Assembly: GCA_017563185.1 (NCBI GenBank) | Contig: JAFXIL010000152.1 | Span: forward strand, 1-63,247 | Direction of reading: 5' to 3' | From: Kiritimatiellia bacterium | GTDB taxonomy: Bacteria > Verrucomicrobiota > Kiritimatiellia > RFP12 > UBA1067 | DNA: 63,247 nucleotides | In this document: positions 25,635 to 33,567 of the stretch, one piece after another | Numbering within the stretch: the first letter of the stretch is position 1 | Layout: each line of letters begins with the position of its first letter | Made by a program: the position numbers and the translations under genes | The notes under the pieces: model-generated | The model's input: only the letters and a program-made list of their open reading frames with translations | The model's database searches: none | Told to the model about the DNA's origin: nothing

Positions 25635-26333
25635 CTACGAATTGCGGCGGCGCTCGGCAAGCGCTTCGACGATGGCCACGCCCGCGCTTGTGCCGATGCG
25701 CGTGGCGCCTGCACGGATCATGTCGAACGCCGCATCGAGAGTGCGGATTCCGCCTGCAGCCTTGACGCCCATCGCCGGCCCCACCGTGCGGCGCATGAGG
25801 GCGACGTCCGCAGCGGTGGCGCCGCCAGTTCCGAATCCGGTGGACGTCTTGACGAAGTCCACGCCGGCCTTCACCGCAAGCTCGCATGTGCGCACCTTCT
25901 GCTCGTCCGTGAGATAGCACGTCTCGAGAATCACCTTAGAGATCACGCCATGCTCGCGGCATGTCTTCGCAAGGTCCTCCAGCTCGGCGAGAACGAGCGC
26001 CTCGTTGCCGCTCTGAAGCGCGCGGACGTTCTGCACCATGTCCACCTCCCCAGCGCCTCTCTCAATGGCGTCCCTGATCTCGAACGCCTTGGCTGCGGAC
26101 GTCATCTGCCCGAGCGGGAATCCCACCGCCGCTCCCACGCGCGTCTTGGAGCCCCTCAGCAGCTCTGCGCACCGTTCGACTTCGGCCGGGTTCACCGCCA
26201 CCATCGCGAAGCCGTACTCGCGCGCCTCGGCGCACAGCTTCTCTATCGGCTCGGGCCCGCCGTACGCCTTGAGGAAGGTGTGATCTATCATTCCCGCAAG
26301 CTCCTGCGGCGTAATCGTGTCAACGTCTATCAT
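25635..26333 (-). CDS. deoC: deoxyribose-phosphate aldolase
   Basis: 232 aa from ATG 26333 (GGAG 8 nt upstream; the track start is a TTG one codon earlier). DHTFLK and the Schiff-base lysine context FVKTSTGF. Confidence 0.9.
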   Translation of the reverse strand: MIDVDTITPQELAGMIDHTFLKAYGGPEPIEKLCAEAREYGFAMVAVNPAEVERCAELLRGSKTRVGAAVGFPLGQMTSAAKAFEIRDAIERGAGEVDMVQNVRALQSGNEALVLAELEDLAKTCREHGVISKVILETCYLTDEQKVRTCELAVKAGVDFVKTSTGFGTGGATAADVALMRRTVGPAMGVKAAGGIRTLDAAFDMIRAGATRIGTSAGVAIVEALAERRRNS

Positions 26334-26387
26334 CAATTAATCTCCTTTCACCATCGTTTGATGTGTCTGGCGCCTGGACACTCCAGA

Positions 26388-26417
26388 CCTAAAACCAGAA
26401 ACCAGAAACTAGAAACT
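26388..26417 (-). repeat. RGTTTY heptamer tandem repeat spanning a stop codon
   Basis: Minus strand reads AGTTTCT-AGTTTCT-GGTTTCT-GGTTTTAGG. The first units encode the last two codons and the TAG of the alcohol dehydrogenase gene. Confidence 0.8.
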
Positions 26418-27428
26418 CATCATCACCTTGAGCGCCTCTCCGGCCTTCACCGCGGCAAGCGCCTTGTCGAGCTCGGAGAGCTTGAAGCGGTGCGTGACGA
26501 ACTCGTCTGCGGAAAGTCGTCCCTCGCGGATCCACTTGCAGAGCGGCTCCATCGCCATGCGTTCGCGCCAGCGCGTGGGCCACTGGTGGATCACGAGGTT
26601 GAAGTTGTAGGGGCCCTTCCCCTTCTCGACCAGGAGGGTGGGCTGCGAGACGACGCCGTACACGCCAACGGTTCCGCCGAGCTTGATCATCGGGATGGCA
26701 GAGTTGACGATCTTCTCGCTGCCGACGGCGTCGACGATCACGTCGAACGTTCCAGCGGGGAAATCGACCTCCTCAGGGGCGAACGCGGCGTCTGCGCCCA
26801 TCTTGAGGGCGAGAGCGCGCTTGTTGGCGAGAGGATCGACGAGGCCCACCCACTTGACGCCCATGAGTTTCGTGAACTTGACGAAGCTCATGCCCACCGG
26901 CCCCGCCCCGTAGATGAGGATCTTGTCCTTGGGCTGTATTCCGAAGTCGCCAATGCCTCCATACACCTCGCGCCACGTGCAGAGGAGCGCCGCCGCCTCG
27001 GGGTCCTCCCCCTCCGGCACCGCGCGCTGGATCTCGTAGCTCTCGAACCAGCCATGCTCGGCGTCCGCCACGCCGTCGCGCACCATCGCGTCATGGTCGT
27101 TCACGAGCACGTATTCGCTGAAGCCGCCCCAGCCGGACGCCAAATCCGTACCCTCAAAGCTGAACACCATTCCGCCGATCACCCTGTCGCCGGGCTTGAA
27201 CTGCGCCACCTTCTCGCCCACTTCCACGACGATTCCGGCGTTCTCGTGCCCAAGCACAAGCGGATACTGCTCCATGCCCGGGAAGTGTCCCTCCACGAGC
27301 TTTCGGTCGGTGGCGTTGCAAAGCGCCATTACCTCGGTCTTCACGAGCGCCTGGTACGGCCCCGGTTTCGGAGTCGGCACCTCGCGCACCTCCATCTCCC
27401 CCGGGCGGGAAATCACCATCGCCTTCAT
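26409..27428 (-). CDS. zinc-dependent alcohol dehydrogenase (MDR family)
   Basis: 339 aa. GHENAG catalytic-zinc motif and GAGPVG Rossmann motif. Confidence 0.85.
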   Translation of the reverse strand: MKAMVISRPGEMEVREVPTPKPGPYQALVKTEVMALCNATDRKLVEGHFPGMEQYPLVLGHENAGIVVEVGEKVAQFKPGDRVIGGMVFSFEGTDLASGWGGFSEYVLVNDHDAMVRDGVADAEHGWFESYEIQRAVPEGEDPEAAALLCTWREVYGGIGDFGIQPKDKILIYGAGPVGMSFVKFTKLMGVKWVGLVDPLANKRALALKMGADAAFAPEEVDFPAGTFDVIVDAVGSEKIVNSAIPMIKLGGTVGVYGVVSQPTLLVEKGKGPYNFNLVIHQWPTRWRERMAMEPLCKWIREGRLSADEFVTHRFKLSELDKALAAVKAGEALKVMMSF

Positions 27429-27450
27429 CTTTCATTCTCCTTTACTTTCG

Positions 27451-27476
27451 GCAAATCGCAAAACCATAAAAACCCC
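27451..27476 (-). repeat. RGTTTY-type short repeat in an intergenic spacer
   Basis: Minus strand reads GGGGTTTTTATGGTTTTGCGATTTGC. It lies between the 318-aa ORF and the alcohol dehydrogenase gene. Confidence 0.6.
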
Positions 27477-27485
27477 GCTGAAGCT

Positions 27486-27502
27486 CGCCTTCCGAAGAGG
27501 CG
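27486..27502 (-). terminator. short GC hairpin with a UUCG-containing loop 3' of the 318-aa ORF
   Basis: Minus-strand RNA reads CGCCU-CUUCGGA-AGGCG, 13 nt after the TAG. No U tract follows, although a GUUU-rich repeat does. Confidence 0.3.
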
Positions 27503-27514
27503 CCTGCGCGTAGC

Positions 27515-28471
27515 CTACACCTTCCGCGTCTGGACCGCCAGGTTCACCACGCTCTCCAGCGCTGGCTGCTTTGAAAGCTGAACGATCTTGAACGGAAGCT
27601 GCATTCCCAGCGGACGCAGAAAGCGCATCACGCGCCCTGAGCGCACATGCAGCTCGCCCGGCACGCGCCCAGCCGCGATGAAGGCGTTCAGCAGGCGCTG
27701 CGCATGCCCCTCCCAGAGTCGCAGCAGGCCGTTCTCCTTGCCGTCCACTGACATCCTCTCCCACACCATCTTCTCGCCCGTGTCGGCGTTCACCGCCGCC
27801 AGCAGATACAGAAAGCGCGGCTTCGGCGGCGGCGTGTGGTACGCGGGGATCATCACAAAGTCAAGCTCCCACGTCTCCTTGGGGTACATCGGCAGCGCCT
27901 TGGCCTTCTCGCAGTCGGCGCGCTGCAGCGACACGCTCTCCTTGTACTGCACCACCTCCTCCTGCGGCAGTGCGAGCGGGCCGTCTATCCAACGGTCTGG
28001 CAGCACCTCCTTGCGCGCGAACATCGCCTTTTTCTCGATGTACGCGAGCGGCAGGTCGGGCTTCTCCTCCATGCGCATGAGAAGACCGTAGCATTCGTAG
28101 AGGATCGGCGCGAAGAAGGCGCGCTGCTCGCTCGTGGGCGGCAACGGCACGAAACCGGGCTCGTAGCTGAACAGCTCCACGCTTCCGCTCTTTAGCCCCA
28201 CCGCCTCGAAATGGGCAAGATCAAGCGGACTCATGCATACGCCGTAGTCGCGCACCTGGCGCGAAAGCACGTAGTCGCGGAAGGCAGGCAGGCCGGCGAA
28301 GAGCATCAGGCGCCCCACCACAGGGCCATTGCCCTTCTCGGGCACGACGGTGGCGATGTACGGCACGTCGCTCATCTGCGGCACCAGCGCCCAGTTGTGG
28401 CGGCTCGCCTTCTCCCACGGGTTGAGCCCCGCGATGGCGCGCGTTATGTCGTATGGATCGCTTCTGTCCAT
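27515..28471 (-). CDS. conserved hypothetical protein
   Basis: 318-aa ORF with a coding-like composition, lying 3 nt downstream of trxB. No family confidently recognised. Confidence 0.6.
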   Translation of the reverse strand: MDRSDPYDITRAIAGLNPWEKASRHNWALVPQMSDVPYIATVVPEKGNGPVVGRLMLFAGLPAFRDYVLSRQVRDYGVCMSPLDLAHFEAVGLKSGSVELFSYEPGFVPLPPTSEQRAFFAPILYECYGLLMRMEEKPDLPLAYIEKKAMFARKEVLPDRWIDGPLALPQEEVVQYKESVSLQRADCEKAKALPMYPKETWELDFVMIPAYHTPPPKPRFLYLLAAVNADTGEKMVWERMSVDGKENGLLRLWEGHAQRLLNAFIAAGRVPGELHVRSGRVMRFLRPLGMQLPFKIVQLSKQPALESVVNLAVQTRKV

Positions 28472-28474
28472 GAC

Positions 28475-29392
28475 TCACGCCTCTGCAAGATATCGTTCCG
28501 CCTCAAGGGCCGCCATCGCGCCAGCGCCTGCCGCGACCACAGCCTGCTTGTAGAACGGGTCGGCGCAGTCGCCTGCGGCGAAAACGCCCTTCGCGCTCGT
28601 GCGCTGGCGGTCGACCACCACATAGCCGGCGTCGTCGAGATCAAGCTGCCCGGCGAGGAACTTCGTGGTGGGTTCGTGGCCGATCGCAACGAACACGCCC
28701 AAGACGGCGATCTCGCGCGTGGCGCCGGTGTTGACGTCCTTGAGGCGCAGCGCGGAGAGCTTGCGTCCATCGCCCAGAAACTCGTCCACAACCGAGTTCC
28801 ACGCAACCTGCACGTTAGGCGTGGCGAGAACGCGCTCAGCCATCACCTTGGACGCGCGGAAGGCGTCGCGGCGGTGAACCACCGTGACCGAGCGGCAGAG
28901 GCGCGAGAGATAGAGCGCGTCGCCCATGGCGGTGTCGCCGCCTCCGATGACCGCCACGTCCATGCCGCGGTAGAACGAGCCGTCGCATGTGGCGCACGCG
29001 CTCACTCCGTGGCTGCGGTACTGGCGCTCGCCGGGAAGGCCGGTCCAGCGCGCCGCGGCGCCGGTGCACACCACCACGGCGCGCGCCTCGATGGTGCCGC
29101 TCATCATCGTCTCGAGCTTCTTCACGTCGCCAGAGAAGTCGACGCTCTGCACTTCGTCCATGAGGAACTCCACCCCGCAGCGCTCCGCCTGGCGGCGCAT
29201 CGCCTCCATGAGCGCTGGGCCGGCGAGAGGCTGCTCGAAGCCGGGGAAGTTCTCCACGTCGGTAGTCTGCGTGAGCTGTCCGCCGCTCTGCATTCCCTCG
29301 ACGAGGAGCGGCCGCAGATTCGCTCGCGCCGCGTAGATGGCGGCCGTCAGGCCCGCTGGACCGCTGCCGAGAACCACTATTTCTCTCGTCAT
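28475..29392 (-). CDS. trxB: thioredoxin-disulfide reductase
   Basis: 305 aa. GSGPAG FAD motif, CATC redox-active disulfide and GGGDTA NADPH motif. Confidence 0.95.
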   Translation of the reverse strand: MTREIVVLGSGPAGLTAAIYAARANLRPLLVEGMQSGGQLTQTTDVENFPGFEQPLAGPALMEAMRRQAERCGVEFLMDEVQSVDFSGDVKKLETMMSGTIEARAVVVCTGAAARWTGLPGERQYRSHGVSACATCDGSFYRGMDVAVIGGGDTAMGDALYLSRLCRSVTVVHRRDAFRASKVMAERVLATPNVQVAWNSVVDEFLGDGRKLSALRLKDVNTGATREIAVLGVFVAIGHEPTTKFLAGQLDLDDAGYVVVDRQRTSAKGVFAAGDCADPFYKQAVVAAGAGAMAALEAERYLAEA

Positions 29393-29393
29393 G

Positions 29394-29978
29394 TCACAGC
29401 ACTCCCTTCGAGGACGGCACGCCCTTCTCGCGCGGGTCCGCCGCAGCGGCCTGCCTCAGCGCCCTGGCGAAGCTCTTGAAGATTCCCTCGCAAACATGGT
29501 GCGTCTCGTCGTCGTAGATTTCGCGCGTGTGCACGTTGAGGCGGCCCTCCACGCTAACCGAACGGAAGAACTCCTCCAGCAGCTTCACCTCGAAGTCGCG
29601 CACCATCAAGTGCTTCTTCGGGGTGATGAACACCACGTACGGACGCCCTCCGAGGTCGATGGATGTCTCGCACAGAGCCTCGTCCATCGGCACGGACGCG
29701 AATCCGTAGCGCGTTATGCCGCGCCTTTCGCCCAGCGCCTCGTTGAGCGCCTGGCCGAACACCAGCCCCACGTCCTCGACGGTGTGGTGGTAGTCAACGT
29801 CCAGATCTCCATCGCACACCACGTCGAGGTCGATCAGCGCGTGCTTCTTGAGAAGCTCAAGCATGTGGTCGAAGAAGCCGATCCCGGTATTCACCTCGCC
29901 ATTTCCCTCCCCGTCGAGGTTCAGGCGCAGACGTATCTTCGTCTCCTTCGTGTTGCGCTCTATTTCTGCTGTACGCAT
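29394..29978 (-). CDS. hisB: imidazoleglycerol-phosphate dehydratase
   Basis: 194 aa from ATG 29978 (AGGAG 5 nt upstream). RNTKETKI, GFFDHML and DxHHxxE motifs. Confidence 0.92.
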   Translation of the reverse strand: MRTAEIERNTKETKIRLRLNLDGEGNGEVNTGIGFFDHMLELLKKHALIDLDVVCDGDLDVDYHHTVEDVGLVFGQALNEALGERRGITRYGFASVPMDEALCETSIDLGGRPYVVFITPKKHLMVRDFEVKLLEEFFRSVSVEGRLNVHTREIYDDETHHVCEGIFKSFARALRQAAAADPREKGVPSSKGVL

Positions 29979-29988
29979 GTGGACTCCT

Positions 29989-30618
29989 CTAGTAGATCTT
30001 GTTCTCGCAGCCCTTGGCAAGGCGCGCGATGTTGCTCTTGTGCTTGTAGATCACGAAAAGCCCCAGCACAGTCATCACGATCTTCAACGCGAGCGTGGGC
30101 GGCGGCGAGGCGAGCGGCGTGGGCACCCAGATCATGACCGCGAGAAACGCCGCCGCGAGGCAGCTGCCAAGAGAGATGTAGTGGCTTATCCACACCGTGA
30201 GGACGAAGAGCGCGAACGCTGCCGACACCAGCCACGGCACAAGCGCCATCAGCATTCCAAAGGCGGTGGCCACGCCCTTGCCGCCCTTGAACTTCATGTA
30301 CGGCGTGAGCGTGTGGCCAACGACGCACGCGAGGCCCGTCCACACCGCGAGGTCGGCGAACGCAGGATTGTCGCCGTGTTCGCCCGCGAACCAGCGCGCC
30401 GCGAGAGTGGGCAGAAGCCCCTTGAGAAAATCGCAGAAGAACGCGAGGAATCCCCACTTGTGACCCACGGTGCGGTACACGTTCGTGGCGCCGATGTTCT
30501 TCGAGCCGACCGTGCGCACGTCGACGCCGCGCATCTTGCCGATTAGGAAACCGAAGGGAATGCCGCCGATGAGATACGCGCCTGCCACGAAGAGCGCTAT
30601 GACTGTAGCATTTGACAT
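29989..30618 (-). CDS. plsY: glycerol-3-phosphate acyltransferase PlsY
   Basis: 209 aa. GSKNIGATNVYR and KGGKGVAT motifs in a multi-TM protein. Confidence 0.92.
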   Translation of the reverse strand: MSNATVIALFVAGAYLIGGIPFGFLIGKMRGVDVRTVGSKNIGATNVYRTVGHKWGFLAFFCDFLKGLLPTLAARWFAGEHGDNPAFADLAVWTGLACVVGHTLTPYMKFKGGKGVATAFGMLMALVPWLVSAAFALFVLTVWISHYISLGSCLAAAFLAVMIWVPTPLASPPPTLALKIVMTVLGLFVIYKHKSNIARLAKGCENKIY

Positions 30619-30648
30619 GTCGAGAAATCTCCTTCAACGCCCCGCGCG

Positions 30649-30984
30649 TCAGCGCGTGCACGGCGGCAGTGACGACAGGGCGATCGACGCGGCGTACTGC
30701 GACAGGGGCGTCACCACGATGGCCACGCCCTCGCGCGCCGCAGCCTCGCGCATGTCGTCCGGCACGGGACGGGCATGGCATATCACTATCACCTCGATGC
30801 CAACTAGCGTACACACCGCGATCGTGTTTAGGTGGTTCTGTATCGTTATCAGAACGCTCTCCTCTCCGGCATGTCCCATCACGTCGGAAAGAAGGTCGCT
30901 CGCGTACGCGCAAGCGGCGGACGCCTCTGGCACGTTCACCTCGATCGTACCGCCGACCTTTTCTCTGATCTCCTCAAGATCCAC
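30649..30984 (-). CDS. DRTGG domain protein
   Basis: 111 aa with a GTG start. ASDLLSDVMG...VLITIQNHLNTIAVC pattern of stand-alone DRTGG proteins. Confidence 0.6.
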   Translation of the reverse strand: MDLEEIREKVGGTIEVNVPEASAACAYASDLLSDVMGHAGEESVLITIQNHLNTIAVCTLVGIEVIVICHARPVPDDMREAAAREGVAIVVTPLSQYAASIALSSLPPCTR

Positions 30985-31007
30985 TTGAACCGCCTTTCAC
31001 ATCCGCC

Positions 31008-31052
31008 GAACACGCGGAGGAACGCCCTTGCAGCCGTTCGCCCCGCGTGTTC
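31008..31052 (-). other. long composite stem-loop in the intergenic spacer
   Basis: 10-bp perfect outer stem GAACACGCGG/CCGCGTGTTC enclosing a 5-bp inner stem GAACG/CGTTC. Confidence 0.6.
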
Positions 31053-31058
31053 CGCATT

Positions 31059-31072
31059 GCGCCCGAAGGCGC
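31059..31072 (-). terminator. GC-rich UUCG-tetraloop hairpin 4 nt after a stop codon (U-tract-less terminator or 3' stabiliser candidate)
   Basis: Minus-strand RNA reads GCGCC-UUCG-GGCGC, directly downstream of the Gfo/Idh/MocA TAA. No U run follows. Confidence 0.35.
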
Positions 31073-31076
31073 CTTG

Positions 31077-32432
31077 TTAGAATCCGAGAGGCGCGCCGAA
31101 GACCGCCTTGTCGGAGGTCTTGGTGCCCTTGCCGAATCCGCGCCACGGACGGCCAGGGAGGTACCACTCGTTGTCGCCGCACTCGGGCATCGGCACGTCG
31201 CCGTCCTTCTCGAAGTCCTGCGGACGCGGCACGCACTCCATATTGTAGTACTTGCTGTTCTTGTCCGTGAGAATCGCCGCGAGCGAGATCTGCTGGCCAG
31301 TGTAGCACGACATGCGCCCGATCACGCCGCACGCCGTGGAGATCGCCACCGCCTCGCCCTCGTTGTAGTAGGGGCCGGTCTTCATGATGGAGCGCAGCAG
31401 GTCGTAGTGCTCGATGTCGTAGGGGTTTCCGTCGCGGAAGTCGCCGGTGAGGTTGAGCCTCTTCTTGCTGTCGATCATCCTCACGGAGCTGCCGGAGGAG
31501 ATGATGGAGTCCTTGGTGCGGAAAACCTCGCCCACGCCGCCGCCCGAGCAGCCGTCGATCTGACGGCACATGGAGTGGATGTGCACTCCGTCGCCGTAGT
31601 CGAAGTCGATGCCGAAGAAGTCGTACTGGTTGCCCGAGAAGCGGCGGGCGCGCGCGCCGAAGCCGATGGCGCTCTTCGGATAGCGGCCGATGTACCAGTT
31701 GGCGATGTCGATGTTGTGGACGTGCTGCTCGCAGATGTGATCGCCGGAAAGCTCGGTGAAGTTGAGCCAGTTGGCGCAGAGGTAGGCGGCGTTCGTCATG
31801 CCGGCCGCGCGCGTCTTGACCCACGGCACAGCGCCGTTCCAGTACACGTTGCCGCCGAGGATCGGGCTGACGATTCCCTTCTTGAGGGCGTCGGCGATCA
31901 GGCGATAGCCGCGCTGGTGGCGGCGCTGCGTGCCGGCCACGATGGTGATGCCCTTCTGGGCGGCGAGCTTGGAGGCCTCGATCATCAGGCGGCAGCCAGG
32001 ACCGTCCACGGCCACGCCCTTCTCGGCGAACACGTGCTTGCCGGCCTGCACGGCCGCCATCGTGTGGACCGGACGGAAGTTGAGCGGGGTCGTGAGAATC
32101 ACGATCTCCGCATCGCTCGCCATCACCTGCTTGTAGCCGTTGGCGCCGCCGAACGCGAACTTCTCGTCGAAGCCGTACCTGCGAGCCACCGCCTTGGCCT
32201 TCTCCACGAAGAAGTCGGCCGCGGCGACAACTTTGATCTCCACGTTGCATCCTTCGGCGCAGAGCATCTTCGCCGCGGCGTGGATGTTGCCGAGCGCGCC
32301 GTTGCCGCGTCCGCCGCAGCCAACGATGCCCACCTTGAAGACGCGCTTGGCGCCTTCTGCCCCGAGGATCGCGGGCGCGGCGCAAACGCCGGCCGCCAAG
32401 GTGGAGGTCTTGATGAAGTCTTTTCTTGTCAT
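31077..32432 (-). CDS. Gfo/Idh/MocA family oxidoreductase with Tat signal
   Basis: 451 aa from ATG 32432 (MTRKDFIKTSTLAAGVCAAPAILGA). VGIVGCGGRG Rossmann motif. Confidence 0.85.
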   Translation of the reverse strand: MTRKDFIKTSTLAAGVCAAPAILGAEGAKRVFKVGIVGCGGRGNGALGNIHAAAKMLCAEGCNVEIKVVAAADFFVEKAKAVARRYGFDEKFAFGGANGYKQVMASDAEIVILTTPLNFRPVHTMAAVQAGKHVFAEKGVAVDGPGCRLMIEASKLAAQKGITIVAGTQRRHQRGYRLIADALKKGIVSPILGGNVYWNGAVPWVKTRAAGMTNAAYLCANWLNFTELSGDHICEQHVHNIDIANWYIGRYPKSAIGFGARARRFSGNQYDFFGIDFDYGDGVHIHSMCRQIDGCSGGGVGEVFRTKDSIISSGSSVRMIDSKKRLNLTGDFRDGNPYDIEHYDLLRSIMKTGPYYNEGEAVAISTACGVIGRMSCYTGQQISLAAILTDKNSKYYNMECVPRPQDFEKDGDVPMPECGDNEWYLPGRPWRGFGKGTKTSDKAVFGAPLGF

Positions 32433-32470
32433 TTGTCTTTTCCTTTGACTTTTACTAATTAACTGATTAG

Positions 32471-32519
32471 CCATCAACCGTCAACTATTCACTGTTGCCT
32501 GTCACCTGTTCGCTGCATC
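32471..32519 (-). repeat. degenerate heptamer tandem repeat (7 units) abutting a stop codon
   Basis: Plus strand reads CCATCAA-CCGTCAA-CTATTCA-CTGTTGC-CTGTCAC-CTGTTCG-CTGCATC. On the minus strand this is RACAGKN x6, beginning right after the TGA of the TIM-barrel gene. Confidence 0.7.
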
Positions 32520-33480
32520 AGGCCTTCGCCCACTGCTCACGCAGCATGGCAGACATCTTGGCGAGGATTTCGCGCTTCTGGGCGTTGTTCGGCCAGATGG
32601 GCTTGTTCTGCGCGTTGCGGCCCACCTCGGGGAAGCCGGCCTCGACGGAGACCGCGCCGCGGTAGCCGATGAACTTGAGGCCCTTGAAGCCGTCCACATA
32701 GTCGTCTGCCGCGCCGTCCGTGCCGGGAATGCGGCGCGTCTTGAGCGATGCGATGTGCACGTGCGTGAGCAGCGGACCCGCCGCCAAGAACGCTGCGAAG
32801 AAGTTCGGCTCCTCCCAGCGCATGTGCCAGAAGTCGCCCATCACCGTGCAGCCCTTGCCGATCTCCTGCGCCATCTTCGCACCGTCTGCAACCTGACGCA
32901 GGAACGGCGTCTCGCCGCGGCGGAGTGGCTCTAGCACGATTGAGGTGCCACACTCAGCGGCCTTCACCGCAAGGCGCTTGCCGGTGTTCGTCACAAAATC
33001 CTCGCGCAGCTCCTTGAGGCCCACTTCGGGCTTGCCGCGGGCGGGGCAGATGATGAGGCCAACGCTCTTCATCTCGCCGAGAATCTCGAGAACAGGCATG
33101 AACTTCTCGACTTCGGCGTCGTTCTTCGCCTTGTCGGCATAGTCGAAGCGGGAGGGTCCGCACGCAGTGGCCAGAAGAAGTCCGCGCTTCTTCGCGCCCT
33201 CGGCCACCTTGAGGCCCTTGTCGCGCAGCCAGCCAAGTCCGCTCGGCGTTTCGACCGCCTGGAAACCGTTCTCCACAAGGAAATCGAGCTTGGCGTCGAC
33301 ATCGTCGGCGGTGGGGATCCCGCCCCATTGCAGGCAGAGGTTCAATTTCGCCGGCTGTGGCGGAGGCGCCAGCTTGGGCAGCCCCGCAGGGTATGCGCTC
33401 TTGCATTCCTCCGCCTTTGCAGGCAGCACAGCCGCAAGACCTGCCACGGACGCACCCGCGATGAATTCACGTCTGTTCAT
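32518..33480 (-). CDS. sugar phosphate isomerase/epimerase (xylose isomerase-like TIM barrel) with Tat signal
   Basis: 320 aa. MNRREFIAGASVAGLAAVLPAKA twin-arginine signal. TIM-barrel AP-endonuclease-2-like pattern (HVHIASL..., VSVEAGF). Confidence 0.75.
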   Translation of the reverse strand: MNRREFIAGASVAGLAAVLPAKAEECKSAYPAGLPKLAPPPQPAKLNLCLQWGGIPTADDVDAKLDFLVENGFQAVETPSGLGWLRDKGLKVAEGAKKRGLLLATACGPSRFDYADKAKNDAEVEKFMPVLEILGEMKSVGLIICPARGKPEVGLKELREDFVTNTGKRLAVKAAECGTSIVLEPLRRGETPFLRQVADGAKMAQEIGKGCTVMGDFWHMRWEEPNFFAAFLAAGPLLTHVHIASLKTRRIPGTDGAADDYVDGFKGLKFIGYRGAVSVEAGFPEVGRNAQNKPIWPNNAQKREILAKMSAMLREQWAKA

Positions 33481-33510
33481 TAAGACTCCTTTGATTAGTG
33501 GTTGAGAGAT

Positions 33511-33539
33511 ATTTTAGCGAAAACATCCCGCGCGCGCAA
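33511..33539 (-). promoter_or_regulatory. sigma70-like promoter (TIM-barrel / Gfo-Idh-MocA genes)
   Basis: TTGCGC (33539-33534), 17-nt spacer, TAAAAT (33516-33511). An A/T-rich tandem repeat lies just upstream. Confidence 0.55.
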
Positions 33540-33541
33540 GA

Positions 33542-33567
33542 GCTATTTTTAGTGCTATTTTTAGTGC
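33542..33567. repeat. 12-bp direct tandem duplication including a stop codon
   Basis: GCTATTTTTAGT-GCTATTTTTAGT-GC. On the minus strand this reads CAC TAA AAATAG twice and contains the trmH-like TAA. It abuts the -35 box of the next promoter. Confidence 0.85.
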
